A program made the translations under genes and the position numbers. Positions 22,005 to 31,216 of a DNA stretch of 64,000 nt are shown here, in pieces (the first letter of the stretch is position 1; each line of letters begins with the position of its first letter). Source of the DNA: a virus. The stretch is from IMG/VR virus record IMGVR_UViG_3300027759_000048, one strand, 5' to 3'. The notes below the pieces were generated by a model that saw only the letters and a program-made list of their open reading frames with translations, was not told the origin of the DNA and did not search any database.

Positions 22005-22811
22005 ATGGCTCTTAATTTTCCAAATACACCGACCAATGGTCAAGTATATACGGATGTGTCAACCGGCAATCGCTGGGCATGGGACTCAGCTAATACTTGT
22101 TGGAAATCTACATCTGCGTTTACACAATCGATTACTATTGCGGCTTCTGCTCCAGGCAGTCCTGTAGTCGGACAGTTGTGGTGGAATCAGGAATATGGGC
22201 GTCTATTAGTCTATTACAACGATGGTACATCCACACAGTGGGTTGATGCTTCACCGTCTGACTATACAAGCACACAGGCATTCAATCAGTCTAACAATGC
22301 TTATATTTTGGCTAATGCTTCTTTCAATATGGCTAATGCGGCATATATTACATCCAATTTGGCAATTGCGACTGCCAATACTGTAACCCCAGCTTTCAAT
22401 AGAGCCAACACAGCCTTACAAAATACAACCGGTACTTTTAGTGGAACTCTGACTGTCACCGGCAACATTATTATGGGTGGTGGAACATCGGTCGGCTATC
22501 TGACAATACCGCAGAATGCTCAGACTTCGGCATATATTCTTGTGGCTAGCGACACTGGCAAACACATATCTATCACTACTGGTGGTGTTACTGTCAATGC
22601 GTCGGTTTTCAGTATTGGTGATACTGTTGTTATATACAATAATTCTGGATCAAATCAGACCATCACACAAGGAACAAACGTTACGTTACGTTTAAGCGGA
22701 ACAGCCACAACTGGTAATAGAACATTAGCACAATATGGAACAGCAACGTTATTGTGTGTTACTGGTGGCGCTAATCCAGTATTTGTTGTTTCAGGATCGG
22801 GATTATCATAG
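22005..22811 (+). CDS. Branch fibre with plug, socket and adhesin-docking C-terminus
   Basis: MALNFPNTPTNGQ; LWWNQEYGRLLVYYNDG.S.QWVD; C-terminus IPQN.Q..AY.L..SD.GK...LAQYG.ATL...VSGSGLS. Confidence 0.7.
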   Translation: MALNFPNTPTNGQVYTDVSTGNRWAWDSANTCWKSTSAFTQSITIAASAPGSPVVGQLWWNQEYGRLLVYYNDGTSTQWVDASPSDYTSTQAFNQSNNAYILANASFNMANAAYITSNLAIATANTVTPAFNRANTALQNTTGTFSGTLTVTGNIIMGGGTSVGYLTIPQNAQTSAYILVASDTGKHISITTGGVTVNASVFSIGDTVVIYNNSGSNQTITQGTNVTLRLSGTATTGNRTLAQYGTATLLCVTGGANPVFVVSGSGLS

Positions 22812-22812
22812 T

Positions 22813-23577
22813 ATGACTGGTATTTTAGGAGCTATGGTAGGGGCTGGACGAGGAAGAACGAATATTGATTATTTCGTTTTAGGTGGCGGCGGTGCTGGAG
22901 CTAAAGGTATCGGTGGTGTCACTTACGGCGGAGGCGGAGGTGGCGGTGGTTATTACACAGGAACAGGACTCGAAGTATTTTTAGGCACCACTTATCAAGT
23001 AACAGTTGGTTTGGGTGGTGTAGGATCACAGGCATCAGCCACTGGCTTGTCAGGTAACCCATCCACATTTGCGAGTTTTGTGGCAGGTGGTGGTGTGGGC
23101 GGAACAAATGGTGGTCAAGGTGGTTCGTGTGGTTCACCTCAAACATTTACCGGCGCTGCTCGTAGTGGAATCACTGGTGGTGCTGGTGCTGGTTGTGGTG
23201 GCAATGGTTCTAGTACCACTGGTGGTGCTGGTGTCGCATCAACATATGGTGGATCTAATCAGACATATGGTGGTGGTGGCGGTGGATCAAACGACGGTTC
23301 TAATGGTCCTGGTCAAGATGGTGGTGGTAATGGCGGCGCACAAGGAAACGCTCCAACAAGTGGCGCTCCTAACAGAGGTGGTGGTGGTGGTTCAACGAGA
23401 ATTGAGAATGGTAATCCTGGCGGCTCTGGTGGATCTGGTGTAATTTTATTAAGAATACTTTTAGCGAGAACAGCAACATTCTCCGCAGGTGTTACTCAGA
23501 CAAGTACCTCAGATGCTACTTATAGATACTATACAATAACTGCGGCGGGCGTTACCGATACAGTAACATTTGGTTAA
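22813..23577 (+). CDS. Glycine-rich adhesin (true start ATG 22813, MTGILGAMVG)
   Basis: Starts 1 nt after the upstream TAG; DY.V.GGGGAG...GGSGVILLR pattern. Confidence 0.7.
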   Translation: MTGILGAMVGAGRGRTNIDYFVLGGGGAGAKGIGGVTYGGGGGGGGYYTGTGLEVFLGTTYQVTVGLGGVGSQASATGLSGNPSTFASFVAGGGVGGTNGGQGGSCGSPQTFTGAARSGITGGAGAGCGGNGSSTTGGAGVASTYGGSNQTYGGGGGGSNDGSNGPGQDGGGNGGAQGNAPTSGAPNRGGGGGSTRIENGNPGGSGGSGVILLRILLARTATFSAGVTQTSTSDATYRYYTITAAGVTDTVTFG

Positions 23578-23601
23578 AATAATAAAAGGCAACAGCAAGA
23601 A

Positions 23602-24591
23602 ATGGCTATTATAGACTTTCCATCAAACCCAACTAATGGGCAGACATATAACCAGAATGGTGTTAGCTATTATTACAATGCTGCTATTGGCGCATGGTTG
23701 ACTCAAATCACATCTACAGAGTTATCATCAACCGCTGCTAACAATCAGGTATTGTTCGTTGATGGTGGCTTATCAAACGGAACATCTGGACTAGTCTATA
23801 CTAAAGCAGCGAATACATTGTTTGCTAATGGTGTCGTCGCTAATACAATGGTTACTGACCGCCTTCATGTGAATGTTCTTTCTGGCAGCGGACTGAACCC
23901 AACGAATAACGCTATCGTTGCTGCCTTTGATAGAGCTAATAACTCACTACAAAACACCAGCTTTACTCTAAATGGTGACTTAACTGTAAGCGGCACGGTT
24001 AACACAAACATCAATATCAATGCTACTAGACTAAGATCAAACATCATTCAAAGTTCTACAGGCACAGACTTTATGATTGATGGTTATCCTAGAATGCCAG
24101 GACAGATCATTCAGGTTGTCAATACATATTATAGAACTCCAACGTCTCTATCAATTCCAGCTAGTTACAACACATATACAGATGTTCCTGGTATATCAGC
24201 AACTATCACTCCTAGAAGTTCTAGTAGTAAAATCTATATGACGGTTAGATGGTTTGGTGAATGGAATGGCGCAGGATTGACTTGGGAAGCTATGTTCAAC
24301 ATCAAAAGAAACGGCACCGTTGTCGGACTACCTGATCCTAATGGAACAAATACCCTGGGTATTCATATGGCTGCTTTATCTTATTATGCAGGAGGCGACG
24401 CCGACAGCACGCCAGAAACTTGTTTTTTTGATTATTATGATTCTCCAGCAACGACATCAGCATTGACATATCAATTAGCAATTGCTTCATTTACTGCCGG
24501 TACAATGTTTATCAATAGATGCGTTAATGCTTCGGCGGGTAACAGTTATGAAAGAGGCACAAGTTCAATCACACTATTTGAGATATCATAA
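23602..24591 (+). CDS. Branch fibre with plug and C-terminal G.I.QVV...S.ITL.EI domain
   Basis: MAIIDFPSNPTNGQ; N-terminus paralogous to the 14441 gene; C-terminal domain shared with 24940 and 26239. Confidence 0.7.
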   Translation: MAIIDFPSNPTNGQTYNQNGVSYYYNAAIGAWLTQITSTELSSTAANNQVLFVDGGLSNGTSGLVYTKAANTLFANGVVANTMVTDRLHVNVLSGSGLNPTNNAIVAAFDRANNSLQNTSFTLNGDLTVSGTVNTNININATRLRSNIIQSSTGTDFMIDGYPRMPGQIIQVVNTYYRTPTSLSIPASYNTYTDVPGISATITPRSSSSKIYMTVRWFGEWNGAGLTWEAMFNIKRNGTVVGLPDPNGTNTLGIHMAALSYYAGGDADSTPETCFFDYYDSPATTSALTYQLAIASFTAGTMFINRCVNASAGNSYERGTSSITLFEIS

Positions 24592-24610
24592 CAGATAGGA
24601 AAACAGTTTT

Positions 24611-24940
24611 ATGGCACTTAATTTTCCAAACTCACCTACTAATGGACAAGTCTATGTTGACGGCACATCAGGAAGTCGTTATGTCTATGATGCGGCTAAT
24701 GGTAGATGGAACTCAAATACATACGTTCAATCTATTCTAGGTGGTTTCTATGCTGGTAACAATGGTGAAGTTGGGCAAGCGCCGTCACTAGGTGATATCT
24801 TTAGATTACACACTAACACACTAACATCAAACGTTACGATCTATTCAGGCAACAATGCTATATGTGCCGGTCCCCTAAATATCACAGGAAATAATACTAC
24901 ACTAACTATTCAGTCGGGATCTAGGGTGGTAATCGTATAA
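24611..24940 (+). CDS. Minimal adaptor: plug fused to NA..AGP hub (109 aa)
   Basis: MALNFPNSPTNGQ...; ends NAICAGPLNITGNNTTLTIQSGSRVVIV. Confidence 0.7.
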   Translation: MALNFPNSPTNGQVYVDGTSGSRYVYDAANGRWNSNTYVQSILGGFYAGNNGEVGQAPSLGDIFRLHTNTLTSNVTIYSGNNAICAGPLNITGNNTTLTIQSGSRVVIV

Positions 24941-26205
24941 TGTCAACTTTATCCGTATCAAATATCACCACACCATCTAATACGACACCGCTCGTTCTTT
25001 CATCAGCGAATAGTCAGGCTGCTTTTGTTAGAGTAGAGGCAGCTAACAATGATATTGTCTTTGGTGGAACAACTAAGTTTCTAGGAACATTCTCATCAGC
25101 AGGTCTTCAATCAAATAGTATAAATGTTGCTTTTGATGTTGCTAATGCTTCATTCAATATTGCTAACACAGTATCGGCCGCCGTAGTATCAGCTTCTTTC
25201 AATACAGCTAATGCGGCATATGGTTTAGCTAATACATCTTCAGCTTCTCTCGGCTCTAACTGGGCTGTCACTAATACTGTCTATGGTGTAGCCAACGCAG
25301 CTTTCGCCTCTGCTAATAACGTAGCGCCACAAGTCACACCAGCTTTCAATACAGCTAATGCAGCATACAGCTACGCTAATGCGGCATTCTCATCTCTCAG
25401 TGCCTCTATCAATTCCAACTGGACAGTCACCAATACTGTCTATGGCGTTGCTAATACTGCTTTACCAAATACAAGTAGTGTTACGCTTGCAGGTGCTTTG
25501 ACATTATCGACAACAGGTGTACCTCAGATAATCAATTCAAGCGATAGTAACACTTACAAAGTAGCATTGCGTAATAATGGCACAACCGTAGGATTTTTTG
25601 GTGCGTCTTCTAGCAATCCGTTTATTGTTGCTAATAGCAGCGTGGCGACTTTGTTTAGTGTCGATAGTGTGGGCAACTTTGCTACAACAGGAACACTGAC
25701 TACATCATCTCGTGGTATTGCTAAAGCATCTATGCCTTCTGGTTCTATTCTACAAGTTCAACAGACATGGTGGGATGGAGTCGCAACTCTTGCTGTAAGT
25801 TCTTTTACCAATCATCCAAATCTATCAGTATCAATCACGCCAACATCCGCAACCAGTAAAGTATTAGTTATGATTTCAATGCAGGCTGTCGTCTATAACG
25901 TAACAATGCAGGCGAGATTTACTAGAAATGACACACCTATTGGAATTGCTGCCGCAGCAAGTTCAAGAGTTCTTTCTACCTTTGGTGGTCTCCAGACAAT
26001 TGGCGATGGTAACCACCAGTTTACCCCATGGAATTATCAGTATCTCGATTCACCAGCATCAACATCCGCTTTGACATATAGAATACAATTAAAAATGCAG
26101 GGTGGTTCAACAGCATATCTTAACCGTTCAGTCAATGATGCCGATAACACCGACTGGGCGCAAAGAACAACATCATCTATAACAGTTATGGAAATAGCAC
26201 AGTAA
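24940..26205 (+). CDS. Fibre/adhesin (MSTL.V N-terminus, heptad stalk, GSILQV...SITVMEIAQ domain)
   Basis: TAATG coupling; AFASANNVAPQVTPAF module. Confidence 0.7.
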   Translation: MSTLSVSNITTPSNTTPLVLSSANSQAAFVRVEAANNDIVFGGTTKFLGTFSSAGLQSNSINVAFDVANASFNIANTVSAAVVSASFNTANAAYGLANTSSASLGSNWAVTNTVYGVANAAFASANNVAPQVTPAFNTANAAYSYANAAFSSLSASINSNWTVTNTVYGVANTALPNTSSVTLAGALTLSTTGVPQIINSSDSNTYKVALRNNGTTVGFFGASSSNPFIVANSSVATLFSVDSVGNFATTGTLTTSSRGIAKASMPSGSILQVQQTWWDGVATLAVSSFTNHPNLSVSITPTSATSKVLVMISMQAVVYNVTMQARFTRNDTPIGIAAAASSRVLSTFGGLQTIGDGNHQFTPWNYQYLDSPASTSALTYRIQLKMQGGSTAYLNRSVNDADNTDWAQRTTSSITVMEIAQ

Positions 26206-26238
26206 TATGAAGAGAATAAATATCCTAAAGGGTAATCA

Positions 26239-27900
26239 ATGTCAATTCTAAGAGTAGCAAACGTTCAGTTTAACGCCTCAGGCACCAGACGTATCGATTA
26301 CGATTCTGTGGCTGATGATGGTATCATTAAAGTATCAGCGGCTGCCATTAGACTACCTGTAGGTGATACTGCTTCTCGTCCTAATTCACAAGCTGGTATG
26401 ATACGCTACAATAGTGATACAGGTTACGTTGAGTTTGGTGGTAATACTAACTGGATTCCTGTTGCTTCTAATGCTGCTTTTAATGTTGCCAACGCTGCCT
26501 TTGCCTCAGCTAACAATGTTGCTCCGCAAGTAACACCTGCTTTTCTAACTGCTAACAATGCTTATGCTTCAATCAATTCTAATTGGACAGTAACGAACGC
26601 CATATACGGTATAGCAAATACATCATTGACAACTAGTAATTATTTGACATATTCCTTTCCAAGAAGAGGCCTTAGTGTAAATCAAGGTAGTGATTCAAAC
26701 ACTTATTACTATCTAATTGGTACCATTGGTAATAATAATGGTAATTTTCATGTTAGAGGAAATATAGGCGGACACGATGGTCCTGCTGGAGGAACACAAG
26801 GTGCTGCCTCTGTTGTAATTTCAATATTTTCAAGAGTTGGTAATATTCCTGTTCAAGGTCTTATCAATGGATCCATAGGTAACCAAGACCTTCAAGTTTA
26901 TAAAGATTCAGGTAACAATGTCTATATATACGTTAAAAGTACCGCATATTCTCTAATTGATCTTCAATACAGCGATGCTGCTGGAGCGACTTCTTATTAC
27001 TCTCCAACTGGATCTCAGACTACTCCAGTCTCTCTTGGATACACATTAACGTGGGCGGCCGCCAATAATCAAGGCAATTCAACCACATCTACTGCAATCC
27101 AAGGAACTCTTAGTGCATCAAATCTTGGTGTTGGTAATACTACACCAGGTGCCGCAAAACTTCACATAACTGCCGCCAACACAATTGGTGGTATCGGTTA
27201 TGCAGATTTCTTGAGAGTAACAAACAACTCATATCCCGCTGTTACAAATCCTGTTAAAACTTTTAGACTGAACCAATCTGGTAGTTTTGAGATTATCAAT
27301 AACGCATATACTCAAGTTATTGCCGCTCTTGATGATACCGGTAACTTAGTTACTTCAGGAAATATAACATCATCTTCTCGTGGCATTGCAAAAGCATCAA
27401 TGCCTGCTGGATCGGTATTACAAGCAGCATCTACTACAAAAACAGACACTTTTAGTACCGCAGTCAATATTTCCGCCTCAGGCGGTAGTTATACATCTAC
27501 AGGCACAACTGTTACAGGATTATCGGTTACAATAACGCCTACTAGTTCTACAAGTAAAATTTTAGTCATGGTTAATTTGAATGGTATGGGAACACCCGGT
27601 GTTGCTCAATTGTATTGTTTATTATACAGAGATTCTACATTAATCGGAAATCCATCTCCGGTTAGTGCTAGACCCGGTGTAATGGCAAGAACTCATTCTG
27701 AAAATGGTGTCATTGTAGTAGGAACTTGTTCTTTTTCTCATCTGGATTCTCCGGCGACCACATCAGCAGTAACATATTCAGTAAAAGTTGGGGGTGAAAA
27801 CTCCGGAACGGTTTATGTGAATAGATCATATTCTGATGGCGACTCTACTAATGGAGCTAGAATGTCCAGCACAATCACCGTTATGGAGATCGCTCAGTAA
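26239..27900 (+). CDS. Fibre/adhesin (553 aa)
   Basis: LP.G.TA.RP...GMIRYN module, heptad stalk, same C-terminal domain as 24940. Confidence 0.7.
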   Translation: MSILRVANVQFNASGTRRIDYDSVADDGIIKVSAAAIRLPVGDTASRPNSQAGMIRYNSDTGYVEFGGNTNWIPVASNAAFNVANAAFASANNVAPQVTPAFLTANNAYASINSNWTVTNAIYGIANTSLTTSNYLTYSFPRRGLSVNQGSDSNTYYYLIGTIGNNNGNFHVRGNIGGHDGPAGGTQGAASVVISIFSRVGNIPVQGLINGSIGNQDLQVYKDSGNNVYIYVKSTAYSLIDLQYSDAAGATSYYSPTGSQTTPVSLGYTLTWAAANNQGNSTTSTAIQGTLSASNLGVGNTTPGAAKLHITAANTIGGIGYADFLRVTNNSYPAVTNPVKTFRLNQSGSFEIINNAYTQVIAALDDTGNLVTSGNITSSSRGIAKASMPAGSVLQAASTTKTDTFSTAVNISASGGSYTSTGTTVTGLSVTITPTSSTSKILVMVNLNGMGTPGVAQLYCLLYRDSTLIGNPSPVSARPGVMARTHSENGVIVVGTCSFSHLDSPATTSAVTYSVKVGGENSGTVYVNRSYSDGDSTNGARMSSTITVMEIAQ

Positions 27901-29582
27901 TGTCAACCCTTAGCGTTCAAACCATCAGAGACATTCGTAGTATGGATTTCAGCAACACAGAGTTCGCTGGTGCGTATAATGCTTCTAATGCTGCGTTCAA
28001 TTCTGCCAATCTTTCTTATAACGCACAAAATGTTGTGTTTGCTGTTGCTAATGCTTCTTATAACTCCGTCAATTCTAATTGGACAGTTACTAATACTGTA
28101 TATGGTGTTGCTAACGCTGCCTTTGCTTCAGCTAACAATGTAGCACCACAAGTAACACCTGCGTTTAATACAGCCAACTTAGCCTATGCTAAAGCTAACT
28201 CAGCATTACCAAACACAACTAATGCTGTGTTTCAAGGCAATCTAACAATCACCGGCGCATTGACTATCGGTCAGAATACAGTAACAATCACAGAAACCTC
28301 GCTAAATGTAGCTAATGGATTGTTTGTTACCAAAGATTACATGACAATACCAACCGGTAATACTGCTCAGAGACCGTCAGGCGCAATGCCAGGTATGATG
28401 AGATTTAACACAGAAACGGGTTATCTCGAACAATATTCACAAGGTTCGTGGTCGAGTATTTCAACACCACCAGTGATTTCAAATGTAACACCATCATCAT
28501 TTAGCGGTGAAACTGGTACCACATTTACTATCAATGGATCAAATTTTGACGGATCACCTGTAGTAAAATTTATCACTAATGGTGGCACAGAATACTTCGC
28601 ATCAGTAACAACTAGAGTTAGTGCTTCTCAATTAACAGCAACTACTCCACAAGATTTTACTATTGCTAATGAACCTCTCAAAGTAAAAGTTATTAATGCT
28701 AGTGGTTTGTCTTTTGTATTGGATTCAGCTATTGATTGTGGTGGTGTTCCTGCCTGGGCTAATTCATCTGGTTCATTAGGATCCACAATAGGTGGTATAG
28801 GTTCTGGTGTTTTGGCAACAGCAAATGCGACTGATCCAGATATTGGTGCTACTTTATCATATTCATTAACCTCAGGATCTCTACCAGCAGGTTGTTATCT
28901 AGGTTCATCAAACGGTAACATCTTTGGTACAACAACATTTTCAGAAAGCAATACTACATATAGTTTTACATTAACAGCAACAGATAATGCCGGCAATCAA
29001 ACACCACGCAGTTTCTCTTTCTTGGTGGAAAGAGGTGTAGAATCTGGTGGGGGATTGGGATATCTATCGCAATTTGCGGACAAAACCGTTGCTAATAATA
29101 TTACAAACACTGGCATGACACTCTATTATGCTAATGCTCAAGCGGCAAGTCCGAATAGTCCAACAAATTGGTTAAATTATAGTTATGGCAATTTCGCAAT
29201 TCATACAGGTCATGATGGTGTTAAACCAACATATCTGTGTTTCAACTTAACAGGCGGAACGCCTCGTGCTCTAAATAGATTTCGCTGGGTTAAACATGCT
29301 AATGCTTGTGGTAATATTGATTTTTATGGATCAAATCAAAACATTACTAGCGGTAACTATCAAACTATTGGTAATTGGACATATCTAGGTCGTGGTCATA
29401 TGGGTGGTTCAGGTTCAGAGGGTGATGGTACCGTAAAAACAGCAGCCTTCAATTCAAGTCGATATGGTTATCGTTGGTATATGGTTCTTGTTAGAGATAT
29501 TGGTGGTTCACTTGCTTATCCGTCTGAGGGTAACATGGGTGGTTATGCTATGTATGGAGCAACATTCGATTATGTTGCTTAA
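27900..29582 (+). CDS. Fibre/adhesin with IPT/TIG and Ig-like domains and putative carbohydrate-binding C-terminus
   Basis: P.ISNVTP...FTINGSNF (TIG); ATD.D...YSL..GSLPAG..L...G.I.GT (He_PIG-like). Confidence 0.7.
   Translation: MSTLSVQTIRDIRSMDFSNTEFAGAYNASNAAFNSANLSYNAQNVVFAVANASYNSVNSNWTVTNTVYGVANAAFASANNVAPQVTPAFNTANLAYAKANSALPNTTNAVFQGNLTITGALTIGQNTVTITETSLNVANGLFVTKDYMTIPTGNTAQRPSGAMPGMMRFNTETGYLEQYSQGSWSSISTPPVISNVTPSSFSGETGTTFTINGSNFDGSPVVKFITNGGTEYFASVTTRVSASQLTATTPQDFTIANEPLKVKVINASGLSFVLDSAIDCGGVPAWANSSGSLGSTIGGIGSGVLATANATDPDIGATLSYSLTSGSLPAGCYLGSSNGNIFGTTTFSESNTTYSFTLTATDNAGNQTPRSFSFLVERGVESGGGLGYLSQFADKTVANNITNTGMTLYYANAQAASPNSPTNWLNYSYGNFAIHTGHDGVKPTYLCFNLTGGTPRALNRFRWVKHANACGNIDFYGSNQNITSGNYQTIGNWTYLGRGHMGGSGSEGDGTVKTAAFNSSRYGYRWYMVLVRDIGGSLAYPSEGNMGGYAMYGATFDYVA
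27901..27925 (+). repeat. 25-bp direct repeat, copy 1
   Basis: TGTCAACCCTTAGCGTTCAAACCAT, identical at 29604-29628. Confidence 0.9.
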
Positions 29583-29603
29583 CACAGTAAAAGGAACAAA
29601 CGT

Positions 29604-29628
29604 TGTCAACCCTTAGCGTTCAAACCAT
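29604..29628 (+). repeat. 25-bp direct repeat, copy 2 (within mini-ORF 29603-29638)
   Basis: Identical to 27901-27925. Confidence 0.9.
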
Positions 29629-29638
29629 AGAGAGATAA

Positions 29639-31216
29639 ATGGCATTAGATTTTCCACCATCACCTTCCGACGGACAGATATTTGTAGATCCTACATCAGG
29701 AAGTAAATATATCTATGTAGCTGCTACAACAAAATGGCAGTCAATCCAACACGTCGGTGTGATAGTAGCATATGGCTTTGATAAAGCTAATGCCGCATTC
29801 ATAACTGCTAATGCCGCTTATGGCGCTGCTAACAATGTTGGACCGCAGCTTGCTCCAGCATTCAATACCGCTAATGCTGCTTTTGCTGTTGCCAACTCTG
29901 CTTTACCAAACGTAAGCAATACTGTGTTCGAGGGTAATCTAAGAATTACAGGCACATTATCAATCGGTACAAACACTGTAGTAATTACTGATAACTCTAT
30001 ATCAGCACAATCTATCATTGTTGCAGGTTCACCTATTCCTTCTGGTGTAACATCCAATCTTGCTTTTGATACCGCTAATGCCGCATTTGCTTCAGCTAAC
30101 AATGTTGCTCCTCAAATTGCTCCTGCTTTCAATACTGCTAATGCTGCCTTTGCTTCAGCTAACAATGTTGCACCACAAGTAACACCTGCTTTTCTAACTG
30201 CCAACTTAGCGTTTGCGGCTGCTAACAGTGCTAACATATACTCTAATAGTACCTATGTTAAACTAACATCATCAAGTCAGACAATTACCGGCGACCTTGC
30301 TATCACTGGCAATTTATCACTATTAGGTAATGTAACAACATTACGATCAAACAATCTGATTGTTAATGACTCGCTAATCTATCTTGCTGCCAACAACGAT
30401 CTTTCTGATATTATAGACATCGGCTTTGTTGGTAACTATAGCAACGGAACAGCCAATCTACATACAGGTCTTTTCAGAGATCATGCTACCAAACAATATT
30501 TTCTATTCAACAATCTAGGTGGACCTGAACCAGAAACAATAAACGATATAATTCCATATGCGAACGGTATGATCAATGCTGTTCTTAATGCTGATGTCAT
30601 CACAAGTAACCTTACACTTGGCGGTGCTAATGCTATAAATTGGATTACGGCAGCTTATACATCTTCCAATGCTGATTATGCTACAAGCAATGCGGCTTTT
30701 AATACTACTAATGCTGCTTTTGGTAGAGCTAACACCGCTTTACAGAATACCAGTGGTACACTTGCTGGCAGTTTAACTATTACAGGTAGTTTAGGTATTG
30801 GAACAGGCGCTTCCGCTAATACGGGTGAAATTAGAGCAACAAATAACATTACCGCTTACTATTCCGATGAACGTTTAAAGAATATCATATCAACTATTCA
30901 ATCACCGTTAGAGAAAGTAAATCAACTATCAGGCGTCATATACACTAACAATGATGTGGCTGCCTCATTTGGTTATACAGATATGTCGGAGCAAGTCGGA
31001 CTACTTGCCGGACAAGTGCAAAAAGTTTTACCTCAGATTGTTAAGTCTGCACCATTTGATACTGAGTTTATAGATGGTGTAGAGGTGTCAAAGTCAGGTC
31101 AGAATTATAAGACTGTTCAATATGAAAAAGTAATACCGCTGTTAGTTGAAGCAATCAAAGAGCAGCAGAAACAGATTGAGGAACTAAAGACACTAATCTC
31201 AAGAGAAGTTAAATGA
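29639..31216 (+). CDS. Branch fibre with plug and C-terminal peptidase S74 intramolecular chaperone
   Basis: MALDFPPSPSDGQ; YYSDERLKN...YEKVIPLLVEAIKEQQKQIEEL. Confidence 0.8.
   Translation: MALDFPPSPSDGQIFVDPTSGSKYIYVAATTKWQSIQHVGVIVAYGFDKANAAFITANAAYGAANNVGPQLAPAFNTANAAFAVANSALPNVSNTVFEGNLRITGTLSIGTNTVVITDNSISAQSIIVAGSPIPSGVTSNLAFDTANAAFASANNVAPQIAPAFNTANAAFASANNVAPQVTPAFLTANLAFAAANSANIYSNSTYVKLTSSSQTITGDLAITGNLSLLGNVTTLRSNNLIVNDSLIYLAANNDLSDIIDIGFVGNYSNGTANLHTGLFRDHATKQYFLFNNLGGPEPETINDIIPYANGMINAVLNADVITSNLTLGGANAINWITAAYTSSNADYATSNAAFNTTNAAFGRANTALQNTSGTLAGSLTITGSLGIGTGASANTGEIRATNNITAYYSDERLKNIISTIQSPLEKVNQLSGVIYTNNDVAASFGYTDMSEQVGLLAGQVQKVLPQIVKSAPFDTEFIDGVEVSKSGQNYKTVQYEKVIPLLVEAIKEQQKQIEELKTLISREVK

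Noticed and set aside
22735-22812. Track start sites at 15755, 22735, 55348, 61083, 61437 and 62419
   Set aside because: They overlap upstream genes; downstream starts with SD sites or stop-start coupling fit better.
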